DNA from: a virus
Lineage: Duplodnaviria > Caudoviricetes
Length of the DNA: 55,528 bases
IMG/VR virus record: IMGVR_UViG_3300032236_001351
Coordinates: 1 to 55,528 of that record
Strand: one strand, 5' to 3'
Both the position numbers and the translations under genes were made by a program. Shown here one piece after another: positions 26,244-36,507 of this stretch (within the stretch, counting starts at the first letter, position 1; each line of letters starts with the position of its first letter). The notes under the pieces were generated by a model, which was not told where the DNA came from, ran no database searches, and worked only from the letters and a program-made list of their open reading frames with translations.

Positions 26244-27323
26244 ATGAGTAAATTGTTAGAAAAACTTATTAAAAACAGTCCAACTAAACATACTTCAGTT
26301 CTTTCTGAATCGGTAATGTTCAAAGATAAAGATATTATCCCAACGGAAATTCCAATTGTTAATTTAGCATTTTCTGGTGAATTAGATGGAGGTATCAGTT
26401 CTGGATTAACACTTTTGGCTGGACCTTCAAAGGTTTTCAAGACAAATTTAGCATTAGTTTGTGTGAAAGCATTTATGGACAAATATGAAGATGGGGTTTG
26501 TATCCTTTATGATTCAGAAGGAGGAGCAACTCCCGATTATCTAAATTCATTGGGAGTTGATTCTAATAGAGTTATCCATGTTCCAATTGAGCATATAGAA
26601 ATGCTGAAGTTTGATATTGTCAAGCAATTGAAGGAAATTGATAGAACTGATAAAGTTATCATTGTTATCGATTCCATCGGAAACACCGCCAGCCTAAAGG
26701 AACTCGAAGATGCTATGAATGAAAAGAGTGTTGCTGAAATGCAACGTGCGAAAAGCATCAAAGGTCTTTTCAGAATGATTACACCATCTCTTGTTTCCAA
26801 GGATGTTCCTTGTATTGCTATTTGTCATACCTATCAAGAAATGGGTCTTTATCCTAAACAAATAATTTCGGGAGGTCTTGGTTTAATTTATTCTGCAAAT
26901 CAAGCATTTATCATTGGAAAAGCGCAGGATAAAGATGGAAATGAGCTTTCTGGGTTCAATTTTACATTAAATGTTGAAAAATCTAGATTTGTAAGAGAAA
27001 AATCAAAATTTACTTTTAGTGTTAATTTTGATAAAGGTATTAATAATTGGTCTGGTATTTTAGATCTTGCTCTTGAGTCTGGTGATTGTGTTAAACCTAA
27101 TATGGGTTGGTATCAATTAGTGGATAATGAAACTGGAGAATTGATTGGAAATAAAGTTAGAGCAAAAGATACAGAATGTGGAGAATTTCTTGGAGTGATT
27201 ATGAAGAGAAGGGCCTTTCATGAATTTGTTTCTAAAAAGTTTAAACTAGCAACTGGAACTCTTTTAAAAGACGAAGATATTGAAAAAGAATTTGATGACG
27301 TTGAGGATGAAAATGATGAATGA
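26244..27323 (+). CDS. uvsX: RecA-like recombinase UvsX
   Basis: AGPSKVFKT, YDSEGG, IDSIGN.AS.KE, RAK..K.LFR, KSRFV.EKS. Confidence 0.95.
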   Translation: MSKLLEKLIKNSPTKHTSVLSESVMFKDKDIIPTEIPIVNLAFSGELDGGISSGLTLLAGPSKVFKTNLALVCVKAFMDKYEDGVCILYDSEGGATPDYLNSLGVDSNRVIHVPIEHIEMLKFDIVKQLKEIDRTDKVIIVIDSIGNTASLKELEDAMNEKSVAEMQRAKSIKGLFRMITPSLVSKDVPCIAICHTYQEMGLYPKQIISGGLGLIYSANQAFIIGKAQDKDGNELSGFNFTLNVEKSRFVREKSKFTFSVNFDKGINNWSGILDLALESGDCVKPNMGWYQLVDNETGELIGNKVRAKDTECGEFLGVIMKRRAFHEFVSKKFKLATGTLLKDEDIEKEFDDVEDENDE

Positions 27324-27609
27324 ATCAAGATATGATTTGGTTGAAGGAACAGATTACGAATTTATTTACTCTGAAGAAGATCCAGAAGCAACTGTAAAGT
27401 TGCTCTCTGGAGAATATTCTGATGTTTGTATTAAATTTTCTAATGTTTCTGTTAAAGAAGATGATGGAGAAGCTTATTTGAATTTTAATTTTGATATTAT
27501 TGATGCAAATGGTTCCTTATTCCTTGAAGAAAATTTAGATTTTAAAAATTACATGGGAGATATATTGACTTCTATTATCTGGAAGAATATTATAGATAAT
27601 AAAGAATAG
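27316..27609 (+). CDS. hypothetical protein (position of T4 gp40)
   Basis: Acidic ORF between uvsX and gp41; start uncertain (27313 or 27316). Confidence 0.6.
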   Translation: MNESRYDLVEGTDYEFIYSEEDPEATVKLLSGEYSDVCIKFSNVSVKEDDGEAYLNFNFDIIDANGSLFLEENLDFKNYMGDILTSIIWKNIIDNKE

Positions 27610-27621
27610 AAAGAGGTAATA

Positions 27622-28998
27622 ATGAGAATTGAACATGTTATTTTGAAATCTTTAATATTTAATGAGGATTATACGAGAAAAGTATTACCTTTTTTAAAAG
27701 ATGAATATTTTGGAGATAGAATAGAGAAGTTGGTATTTAAAGAAATAGAATCTTATATTACAAAGTATAATTCTACTCCAACATACGAATCTTTAGTTAT
27801 TGAAGTTAATAATAAGAATATTACCGAAGATGAATTTAAAGGTTCTATTGAACTTTTAGATGAATTGAATCAAAATAAGAATGAAAGAAGTAAAGAAGAT
27901 TGGTTAATTAATGAAACCGAAAGATTCTGTCAGGATAAAGCTATTCTTAATGGAGTAAGAGAAGCTATTTCTATTCTTGATGGTAAGAGTAAAACTCATG
28001 AAAAAGGTGCTATTCCTGATATTTTAACTAAAGCATTGGCTGTTAGTTTTGATAATAACATTGGTCATGATTATATTGATGATTTTGAATCTAGATATGA
28101 TTTTTATCACAGGAAAGAAGAAAAGATTCCTTTTGATTTGGATTACTTTAATAAAATCACTAAAGGTGGTCTTCCAAAAAAGAGCTTGAATATTATTTTG
28201 GCTGGTCCTGGTGTTGGAAAATCTTTGTTAATGTGTCATCATGCTGCTTCTTGTTTGACACAAGGTAAAAATGTATTATACATTACGATGGAAATGGCAG
28301 AACAAAGAATAGCTGAAAGAATTGATGCTAATTTGTTGAATGTTACTGTCGATGATATTCAAACACTCAGTAGAGAAGATTATTCGAGAAGAGTAGGTAA
28401 ATTAAAAACAGGTAATATAGGTAAATTGATAATTAAAGAATATCCTACTGCTACTGCTGGAGCCAATCATTTCAGAGCATTATTAAATGAATTAAATCTG
28501 AAGAAAAACTTTGTTCCAGATATTCTTATTATTGATTATATGAATATTTGTTCATCATCTAGATTAAAAATGGGAGCAAGCGTAAATTCATATACATTTG
28601 TTAAAAGTATTGCTGAAGAACTAAGAGGATTGGCTGTGGAATTTGATGTTCCTTTGTTGACAGCTTCCCAACTTACACGTAGTGGAGCATCAAGTTCCGA
28701 TCCTAATATGGATGATGTTTCTGAATCTTTTGGTGTTGCAGCAACTGCTGATTTAATGTTCGCCTTGATTTCCACCGAAGAACTCGAACAATTGAATCAA
28801 TTGATGGTTAAACAGATAAAGAATAGATACTATGATCCAACAAAGAATAAGAGATTCGTTATCGGTGTAGATAGAGCGAAAATGAAATTATATGATGCTG
28901 AAATGTCTGCCCAACAAGGAATAATAGATTCCGGTCAACCAGAATCAGATTCAAAACAAAAATTCAATAAGAAATCATTTGACGAATTCAAGTTTTAG
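27622..28998 (+). CDS. gp41: replicative DnaB-like helicase
   Basis: AGPGVGKS, ITMEM, IDY, IAEELRGLA, SESFG, KNRY. Confidence 0.96.
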   Translation: MRIEHVILKSLIFNEDYTRKVLPFLKDEYFGDRIEKLVFKEIESYITKYNSTPTYESLVIEVNNKNITEDEFKGSIELLDELNQNKNERSKEDWLINETERFCQDKAILNGVREAISILDGKSKTHEKGAIPDILTKALAVSFDNNIGHDYIDDFESRYDFYHRKEEKIPFDLDYFNKITKGGLPKKSLNIILAGPGVGKSLLMCHHAASCLTQGKNVLYITMEMAEQRIAERIDANLLNVTVDDIQTLSREDYSRRVGKLKTGNIGKLIIKEYPTATAGANHFRALLNELNLKKNFVPDILIIDYMNICSSSRLKMGASVNSYTFVKSIAEELRGLAVEFDVPLLTASQLTRSGASSSDPNMDDVSESFGVAATADLMFALISTEELEQLNQLMVKQIKNRYYDPTKNKRFVIGVDRAKMKLYDAEMSAQQGIIDSGQPESDSKQKFNKKSFDEFKF

Positions 28999-29010
28999 TT
29001 ATATACTAAA

Positions 29011-29430
29011 ATGATGAATATAGATTTAAATATTATTGAAAATTTAAAAATACTAACAAGAACGTCAACCCATCCTTCGGTTTGGGTTGCTTCTTGTTTG
29101 GTTCACAGAAATAAGATCGTATCATATGGAATAAATTGCATGAAATCTCATCCATACCAAAAGAAATACGGTAGAAACGAGGATGCTATTTATTTTCATG
29201 CAGAAACATCGGCAATTTATACTGCAGATAAGAAAATGGGATTTGATAAATTTGAGAATTCAACCTTGTATGTTTGTAGAATGAAGTATGAATCTACTGA
29301 AAAACGTTCATTGATTACAGGATTAGCTAAACCGTGTTCTGGATGTATGCGATGCATAAAGGATTATGGAATTAAATCTGTAATATATACGATGGATGAT
29401 ATTAATGATTATGGAGTTATGGTACTATGA
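29011..29430 (+). CDS. zinc-dependent cytidine/deoxycytidylate deaminase-fold protein
   Basis: HAE and KPCSGC motifs, GI..VIYT. Confidence 0.8.
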   Translation: MMNIDLNIIENLKILTRTSTHPSVWVASCLVHRNKIVSYGINCMKSHPYQKKYGRNEDAIYFHAETSAIYTADKKMGFDKFENSTLYVCRMKYESTEKRSLITGLAKPCSGCMRCIKDYGIKSVIYTMDDINDYGVMVL

Positions 29431-30173
29431 AGCAAGCGGCTATTATTATTCCAACTACTGGAAATCCAAAAGTCGGTAAAGCAATTGAATCTGCGTTAAA
29501 CCAAACCTATAAGAATACTAAAGTCTATGTTGTGGTTGATGGCGCTACATTTGCCTCCAAGACTATTGATATAATTAGTGAAAATAATCTGTGGGAGGAA
29601 AATGTCCTTCCAGATAATCAAAATTTGATATTTCAGGTTATTGATGAAAATACTGGAGCAAATGGAGAGAATGGACACAGAATCTTTGCAGCTATGTCAT
29701 TTTTATCTAGCGCTGATTACATGTTCTTTTTAGATCAAGACTGTTGGATTGATGATAATCATGTTGAATCTTGCATCAAACTAATCGAAGATAATAATTT
29801 AGATTGGTGTTATTCTTTAAGAAAAATCATGTCTGAAGATGAAAAATTTATATGTAATGATGTGTCAGAAAGTGTTGGAAAATATAACGTTCTTTTCGAT
29901 TATAAATTGGTTGATACAAATTGCTATTGTATTAAAAGAGAAATAGCTATGTTGACTGTCCCATATTTTGTTGGAAAGTTTGGGCACGATAGGAGATTAT
30001 ATTCTGTATTAGAAAATAATTTCAAAAATTTTGAAACTACTGGATTATTTACTACCAATTATAGACTTGGTGGAGATAATAATTTAAGTGGAGAGTTTTT
30101 TAAACAAAATAATCAAAGTGCTATAGAAAGATATAAAACAATGTATAATAAAGAGTTTCCTTGGAGTAATTGA
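29427..30173 (+). CDS. family 2 glycosyltransferase
   Basis: IIPTTG, AIESALNQTY, VVVDG, FLDQD, VDTNCY. Confidence 0.85.
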   Translation: MKQAAIIIPTTGNPKVGKAIESALNQTYKNTKVYVVVDGATFASKTIDIISENNLWEENVLPDNQNLIFQVIDENTGANGENGHRIFAAMSFLSSADYMFFLDQDCWIDDNHVESCIKLIEDNNLDWCYSLRKIMSEDEKFICNDVSESVGKYNVLFDYKLVDTNCYCIKREIAMLTVPYFVGKFGHDRRLYSVLENNFKNFETTGLFTTNYRLGGDNNLSGEFFKQNNQSAIERYKTMYNKEFPWSN

Positions 30174-30556
30174 TGAGTAAGTATGAATTGAAAGGTGAAA
30201 TCAAGAAAGTAACCTATAAAAAGAATAAGATGGTAGTTGAAGGTGATTTGGAAGTTTCAGATGGTTATCATCATTTTGATGAATTATATGCTCATAGGAT
30301 TATTCTGTTTATTTCTTTAATGAAGTCTTATAAGGATATTTCTTGGAAGTCTAGATTACATAGCGATGGAACTTCGATTAAAGATTGGTTTATTGCTGGG
30401 ATGAGTCTTCCTGATGGTGATGTTACGTATCATATTCCCGATAGATTTTGGAGTTTGCTTGATTCCATTGAGCATAAAGAAAAAGCCCCTGAATGGGATG
30501 GTCATACCTCTGATGATGTTATTCGGAGACTTAATAATTGGAGCATAACATTATGA
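30173..30556 (+). CDS. conserved phage protein (WDGH-motif)
   Basis: SDGYH.FDELY.HR, WKS.LH.DG, TYH, WDGHT. Confidence 0.65.
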   Translation: MSKYELKGEIKKVTYKKNKMVVEGDLEVSDGYHHFDELYAHRIILFISLMKSYKDISWKSRLHSDGTSIKDWFIAGMSLPDGDVTYHIPDRFWSLLDSIEHKEKAPEWDGHTSDDVIRRLNNWSITL

Positions 30557-31302
30557 ATATTTTATATTTTGTTTTTTCTTGGAAAGGACAATATGAAAAC
30601 GCTAAAGAATGGGAAATGAAACTTCTTCCTTATGGTAAAGTAGTTGTTATTAATTCTGATGATGATAATGAGGAAATAGGTTGGGTTAATATTGGAAATG
30701 AATGTTACTTTTCGGACCAATTCAAAAAAGCATTAGAAATCTATCAAGAAAATACAGATATTGATGCTATTTGTCATATACAAGCAGATGCATCTTTTGA
30801 TGATTTTGGTAAGATAATTGAATCAGCCAAGATTACTTTTGGTGAATATCATTGGGGTGTTTATGCTCCTCATGTGGATGATACTTTTTATACCTCCGAC
30901 AGAACAGACGTATTTGATTTAAAAGATGGTTTGGCAGTTGTTGCTACTACAGATAATACATGTTGGTTTATTCATAAGGATATGATTAATACTATGATTG
31001 AGAATATCCATCTAATGGAAGGAAATCATCTTGGTTGGGGTTGGGATTTATTGATTTGTTCTTTTGCTCATTTAAAAGAAAGAAAAGTCATCAGAGATTA
31101 TAATTTTATCATTGATCATCCGGCTTCTACTGGGTATATGAAAGATCAGGCAGAACAAGAAATGCAGGATATGTTTATTAAATGTGGTAATGATCTTAAA
31201 GAAGTGATTTACTATATTAAAATGCAACCAAAGACACTGACTAAGTATTACAATATTAAAAATGATGTTATTGTTTATGATACTTCAAGAGGATTGCTTT
31301 GA
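30553..31302 (+). CDS. putative glycosyltransferase (GT-A-like)
   Basis: HIQAD, TD..CW, GWGWD, H motifs; inside the glycosylation island. Confidence 0.5.
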   Translation: MNILYFVFSWKGQYENAKEWEMKLLPYGKVVVINSDDDNEEIGWVNIGNECYFSDQFKKALEIYQENTDIDAICHIQADASFDDFGKIIESAKITFGEYHWGVYAPHVDDTFYTSDRTDVFDLKDGLAVVATTDNTCWFIHKDMINTMIENIHLMEGNHLGWGWDLLICSFAHLKERKVIRDYNFIIDHPASTGYMKDQAEQEMQDMFIKCGNDLKEVIYYIKMQPKTLTKYYNIKNDVIVYDTSRGLL

Positions 31303-32165
31303 AAATTTGTTATCTTGATTTTTGGCCTGGCTTTGATATTAAGAGTAATTGGTTTAATCTTGTATTCAGAGAATTTTTTAATGATATTGAAATAGAATTT
31401 TCCAATGATGCAACTGATGCCGATATTATCATGGCATCTAGTTTCGGACAGGAAAAAATCAAAACAAAAGATCTCAAGTCAATAAAAATATTCTACACTG
31501 GAGAAAATGAAAGACCAGATCTTTCTTGGGCTGATTATTCCATGAGTTTTGATTTTGACACCTATGGAGGAAAGAATTTAAGGCTTCCTCATTGGTTACT
31601 TTATGTTAATTGGTGGAATGAACCTAACTTTTCTCATGCTCAAATTTCACTAGACCAATTAAATCGTGTATGGGATCCAGAAGAGATTTGGAATCGAGAA
31701 GGGTTCTGCTCTATCATGATTGGAAATCCAGTTCCAAACAGATTAGAAGTTGCTAAATTGATTGATTCTAATTTTGGTTCAGTCCATGCCTATGGAAAAG
31801 TTTTTGGAAATCCTTATCATGGAGACAAAGTTAAACTTCTTGAAAATTATAAATTTAATATTTGTTTTGAAAACTCCATTACTGACGGTTATGTGACCGA
31901 AAAGTTTCTTCAGGCTAAAGTGGCTGGATGTATTCCAATATATTATGGACATTCCTCTGTATCAAAAGATTTCAATCATATGTGTGCAATAAATTATGTA
32001 GATAATGAAGATATGGAAGCTTTTATGTCTCAAATGTATTTTTTTAAAGACAAAGATAAATTTATTCTGAAAGCTAAAGAACCCCTATTCCATGTAAAGC
32101 CTAATTTAGATTTTCTATATGCATTTTTGAAGGTTGTTTTTAATGGAAAGTTTACAAAAAATTAA
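31299..32165 (+). CDS. GT10 alpha-1,3-fucosyltransferase-like protein
   Basis: FYTGEN, and the GT10 motif YKFNICFENS...GYVTEK...AGCIPIYYG. Confidence 0.88.
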   Translation: MKICYLDFWPGFDIKSNWFNLVFREFFNDIEIEFSNDATDADIIMASSFGQEKIKTKDLKSIKIFYTGENERPDLSWADYSMSFDFDTYGGKNLRLPHWLLYVNWWNEPNFSHAQISLDQLNRVWDPEEIWNREGFCSIMIGNPVPNRLEVAKLIDSNFGSVHAYGKVFGNPYHGDKVKLLENYKFNICFENSITDGYVTEKFLQAKVAGCIPIYYGHSSVSKDFNHMCAINYVDNEDMEAFMSQMYFFKDKDKFILKAKEPLFHVKPNLDFLYAFLKVVFNGKFTKN

Positions 32166-33033
32166 TAATAAAATTATAGGTTCGTTTCAAAAGAACGAAC
32201 CTTTTTCTTTGATAAGAGTTGGTAATACTGAAGGATATTTTATTCAGTCTATCCACAACAAAATAGAACCTAAAGCTGAGTTTTTTAATTGGTTATATGC
32301 AACAGCTGGTGTTTGGCCAGTCGATATGAATTTCCTTTCTGGTCCTTGGTACGATGTAAATATTCAAGGTATGAAGAACGCAGATTATCTTGGATTCGTT
32401 GATATTTCTGGTGAAATTAATCGTGACCATAATTTCATGAATAATTTCAAAGGAGAGAAGTTTTCTGGTCTTGAACAAATTGAAATACTTGATCCAGGTC
32501 TACTTCTTAATAAAGACAAAATTATTGATCCTTGGACAAAATCTTTGAAAGATAAAAAAGTTTTAGTTGTATCAAGCCATAAAAATACCATAGAACACCA
32601 ATGGAATAGAATCGATTCTGTATGGATGGATCATAAAGAAAAAATTGTTCCTTTCGATTTGATTGGAGTTGTTCGATCTCCATTTAATCCTTTTGTTGAT
32701 GATAGACAATATCCTAATTGTAATTCTTGGTATGATTCTCTCCAAGCTATGAAAAAAGAGATCGATAATTATGATTATGATGTTCTTTTGGTTGGTGCTG
32801 GTGCATATTCTCCTGCCTTGGCAGACCATGCCAAAAGAAATAATAAAATAGGAATTACTCTCTGTGGAGCAATTCAGATATTTTTTGGTATATTAGGTTC
32901 CAGATGGGTTGTTAATCAGCATCATTATTCATTTTGGAATAGCCTATATAATGAATATTGGACTTATCCGCTAGAATCGGATTTACCGACAAACAAAAAC
33001 AATTTTGAAATTTTTGAAAAAGCTTATTGGTGA
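32143..33033 (+). CDS. GT-D fold-like putative glycosyltransferase
   Basis: [43 protein letters not shown]. Confidence 0.6.
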   Translation: MESLQKINNKIIGSFQKNEPFSLIRVGNTEGYFIQSIHNKIEPKAEFFNWLYATAGVWPVDMNFLSGPWYDVNIQGMKNADYLGFVDISGEINRDHNFMNNFKGEKFSGLEQIEILDPGLLLNKDKIIDPWTKSLKDKKVLVVSSHKNTIEHQWNRIDSVWMDHKEKIVPFDLIGVVRSPFNPFVDDRQYPNCNSWYDSLQAMKKEIDNYDYDVLLVGAGAYSPALADHAKRNNKIGITLCGAIQIFFGILGSRWVVNQHHYSFWNSLYNEYWTYPLESDLPTNKNNFEIFEKAYW

Positions 33034-33038
33034 TTATT

Positions 33039-34055
33039 ATGAAAAAAGCGTTAATATGGGGTGTGGGTGGACAAGATGGATCATATCTTGCGGAATTTCT
33101 TTTAGAAAATGGATATGAAGTTCATGGGGTAAAGCGAAGAAGTTCTTCATATAATACTTCTAGAATAGACCATATTTTTGGTGATCCAAATTTCCATTTA
33201 CACTATGGAGATGTAACAGATTCTCTTAATGTTACTGCTCTTATTCAACAAATCAAACCAGATGAAATTTATAATCTGGCTGCTCAATCTCATGTTAAAG
33301 TTTCATTTGAAATTCCAGAATATACTGGAAATGTGGATGCCCTCGGAACTCTTCGGATTCTGGAATCTATTCGTCTTCTAGGTATTGAAGATAAAGTAAA
33401 ATTTTACCAAGCATCCACTTCTGAATTATATGGACTTGTTCAAGAAGTTCCTCAGAGTGAAACTACTCCTTTCTATCCAAGAAGTCCTTATGGTGTAGCA
33501 AAATTAGCCGGTTTCTGGTACGTTAAGAATTATCGAGAAGCCTATAACATTTTTGCATGTAATGGAATATTGTTTAACCATGAATCTCCAAGAAGAGGAG
33601 AAACATTTGTTACACAAAAAATCGTTCTTGGGTTGAATGATTTATTCAAAAAGAAATCTAAAATTCTTACCCTCGGTAATTTGAATTCTCTTCGCGATTG
33701 GGGACATGCATCTGATTATGTTAGAGCAATGCATTTAATGCTTCAGCATGATGTTGCTGATGATTTTGTTGTTTCTACTGGAGTCCAATATTCAGTTAGA
33801 CAATTTGTGGAATCTTGTGCTCCTTATTTTGGATTAAATATTGAATGGCAAGGTGAAGGTCTTAATGAAATTGGTGTCGATAGAACTACTGGAAAGACAA
33901 TTGTTAAAATTGATCCGAAGTATTTTAGACCAACAGAAGTAGAAACTCTTCTTGGTGATCCAACCAAAATTAAAACTGTTTTAGGATGGAAGCCTGAATA
34001 TTCATTTGAGGCATTAGTTGATGACATGTGTACGGCTGTGAGGAATAAAAAATGA
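33039..34055 (+). CDS. gmd: GDP-mannose 4,6-dehydratase
   Basis: [47 protein letters not shown]. Confidence 0.97.
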   Translation: MKKALIWGVGGQDGSYLAEFLLENGYEVHGVKRRSSSYNTSRIDHIFGDPNFHLHYGDVTDSLNVTALIQQIKPDEIYNLAAQSHVKVSFEIPEYTGNVDALGTLRILESIRLLGIEDKVKFYQASTSELYGLVQEVPQSETTPFYPRSPYGVAKLAGFWYVKNYREAYNIFACNGILFNHESPRRGETFVTQKIVLGLNDLFKKKSKILTLGNLNSLRDWGHASDYVRAMHLMLQHDVADDFVVSTGVQYSVRQFVESCAPYFGLNIEWQGEGLNEIGVDRTTGKTIVKIDPKYFRPTEVETLLGDPTKIKTVLGWKPEYSFEALVDDMCTAVRNKK

Positions 34056-34753
34056 ATAAAATTATTTCGATGAGCGTATGGGGTGATAACCCCAGATATA
34101 TTATCGGTGCAAAGCGTCAAATCGAACTCGCTAAAAAATATTATCCTGATTGGAAAATTAGAATTTATACTGATAACATTCTAAATTTTGAGGATCAATC
34201 TGGTATTGAATTGTGTTTTGGTGATTCTGGAATATATGGGATGTTCTGGAGATTTTTGCCTATGTTCGAAGATCCAACTAATATTGTAATGGTTCGTGAT
34301 GCTGATAGTAGAATCACTATTAGAGAAGCAAGAGCTATTAATGAATGGTTGGAATCTGATAAAAACTTCCATGTTTTTAGAGATCATGATGCACACTTTG
34401 AATTTCCAATTATAGGATGTGCGTTTGCTTATAAAGGATGCTTTGGTACTGACCTCGAAGATTTCATGATCAAGTATGCTACTGATAATAAATTTTACCT
34501 AAGTGATCAATTTTTCCTCCGAGATTATATTTGGCCATTAGTAAAAAATAGTTGTATGGTTCATTCTATGAATGATGAAGGATGGTTCAAAGAAACACGA
34601 AACAAATTAAGGAATCGATATTCATTCTGTGGTAACGGTTATGATGAAAATGATATGCCATTATATGCGCCCTCATTACAAGAAATGTCTAATTTCGATC
34701 CTAAATGGGTTGCAGATGAATATAAATTTGACGAAGGGTTGGTAGATGAATAA
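34052..34753 (+). CDS. putative glycosyltransferase-like protein
   Basis: [30 protein letters not shown]. Confidence 0.55.
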   Translation: MNKIISMSVWGDNPRYIIGAKRQIELAKKYYPDWKIRIYTDNILNFEDQSGIELCFGDSGIYGMFWRFLPMFEDPTNIVMVRDADSRITIREARAINEWLESDKNFHVFRDHDAHFEFPIIGCAFAYKGCFGTDLEDFMIKYATDNKFYLSDQFFLRDYIWPLVKNSCMVHSMNDEGWFKETRNKLRNRYSFCGNGYDENDMPLYAPSLQEMSNFDPKWVADEYKFDEGLVDE

Positions 34754-35582
34754 AAGTTTTTATATTGTTCCTGTTCATAATAAAGAAGAATTAATTAAAA
34801 GTGTTTTAGAAGGAATTGTTGATAACCATCAACGTAATGATGATGAGTTAAATATCATTTGTATTTTGGATGGATGTATAGATAAAACTGAAAGTATCAT
34901 AACAGATTTCATGAGGAATTTCATAACATATGAAATTGGTAATTTTTATATCCTTTTCCAAGAGGATGTTCATGAAATCAAATGTTTAAATTTTGGATTA
35001 CAGTATATTAAAAATAATCTGAATCCACAACCAAACGATTTAATATTCATGGTTCAAGATGATGTTATTATTGAAGAAAAAGGAATTAATGTAGCATTTC
35101 GACGTTTATTCGAAGATAGAAAAGATCTTGGATATGTTTCAATGAGACTTGGAGTTTCGTTACATGTTTCTAATGGTGAAATTAAAGAAAATAGATATAT
35201 GGAATCTGAATTTGGTCATTGGAATCAATTAAACTGGAAATTCCATTCTACTGTAGATTATGGTGTTTTTGTAGAATCAGAAATTGCGATAAGAAGCCCC
35301 ACTTGTACTCAATGGAAAAGATTTGAAGAATGTGGATTTTTCGATGAAAATCTTGCTCCGTGTGGATATGATTGTCATGATTTTAGTATCAGAATGAATA
35401 AAGCTGGTTATACTAATGGTATTTTTGCTTTGAAATTTAAAAGTGATGTTAATTGGGGTACAATGAGATCAGATAAACCCTCAAATTTCAATGATAAAAT
35501 TTCCCCTATATATGAGAGGAACAGAAAATATGTTGCCTCTAAACATAGTGATTATTTTGGAGTTATTGATGGAAAAGAATGA
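34746..35582 (+). CDS. family 2 glycosyltransferase
   Basis: VPVHN, LDGCID, VQDD, GFFDE, D.HD. Confidence 0.8.
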   Translation: MNKSFYIVPVHNKEELIKSVLEGIVDNHQRNDDELNIICILDGCIDKTESIITDFMRNFITYEIGNFYILFQEDVHEIKCLNFGLQYIKNNLNPQPNDLIFMVQDDVIIEEKGINVAFRRLFEDRKDLGYVSMRLGVSLHVSNGEIKENRYMESEFGHWNQLNWKFHSTVDYGVFVESEIAIRSPTCTQWKRFEECGFFDENLAPCGYDCHDFSIRMNKAGYTNGIFALKFKSDVNWGTMRSDKPSNFNDKISPIYERNRKYVASKHSDYFGVIDGKE

Positions 35583-36507
35583 TAAAATTTATGTTGCTGG
35601 ACATACAGGATTAGTTGGTTCAGCTATTGTCAGAGAATTGCAAAAACAAGGTTATAGCAATATTATCACCAAGACAAGGCTTGGGCTCGATCTTACGAAT
35701 CAACAAGAAGTAGAAGATTTCTTTAAAGAATTTAAACCGAAGTTTGTATTCTTAGCTGCTGCTAAAGTCGGTGGAATAAATTATAATAAGACATATCCAG
35801 CAGATTTTATTACAGAAAACCTTTTGATTCAAACTAATGTAATCAAAAGTGCATATGAAAATGGCTGTGAAAAGTTGTTATTTCTTGGTTCAGCATGTGT
35901 ATATCCCAAAGTAACAGAGCAACCTATTAAAGAAGAATATTTAATGACTGCTCCGCTTGAACCTACTAATAATGCTTATGCGATAGCAAAGATTGCTGGC
36001 ATGACAATGTGTCAGAAATATAAGCAACAATATGGCTTTAATTGTATTAGTGTAATGCCAACAAATCTATACGGGATTAATGATAGATTCAATATAGAAA
36101 ATGGTCATGTGATTCCTGGACTTATTAATAAGTTTGTGAGCGCAAAAGAAAACAATGATTCTTCTATTACTTGCTGGGGTGATGGTTCTCCCACTAGAGA
36201 ATTCATGTTCTCTGACGATTTAGCAGATGCTTGTGTTTTTCTTATGAACAATTACGATTCTGAAGAAATTATCAACGTGAGTATAGAAAATGAAATCACA
36301 ATGAAAGAATTATCTGAAAAGCTTAAACAACTTGTTGATTTTAAAGGGGAAATTATTTGGGACACAACTAAACCAAATGGAACACCTCGTCGTGCAGTAT
36401 GTAATGAAAAATTATATTCTCTTGGGTGGCGTCCAAAGTATGAACTGGATGAAGGTTTAAAGATTACTATTGATTGGTATATGAATAATAGGGAGTCGTG
36501 CAAATGA
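35569..36507 (+). CDS. fcl: GDP-L-fucose synthase family epimerase/reductase (Fcl; may act as the colitose synthase ColC)
   Basis: GHTGLVG, AAKVGGI, GSACVYP, YAIAK, PTNLYG, HVIP, WGDG.P.REF. Confidence 0.9.
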   Translation: MEKNDKIYVAGHTGLVGSAIVRELQKQGYSNIITKTRLGLDLTNQQEVEDFFKEFKPKFVFLAAAKVGGINYNKTYPADFITENLLIQTNVIKSAYENGCEKLLFLGSACVYPKVTEQPIKEEYLMTAPLEPTNNAYAIAKIAGMTMCQKYKQQYGFNCISVMPTNLYGINDRFNIENGHVIPGLINKFVSAKENNDSSITCWGDGSPTREFMFSDDLADACVFLMNNYDSEEIINVSIENEITMKELSEKLKQLVDFKGEIIWDTTKPNGTPRRAVCNEKLYSLGWRPKYELDEGLKITIDWYMNNRESCK

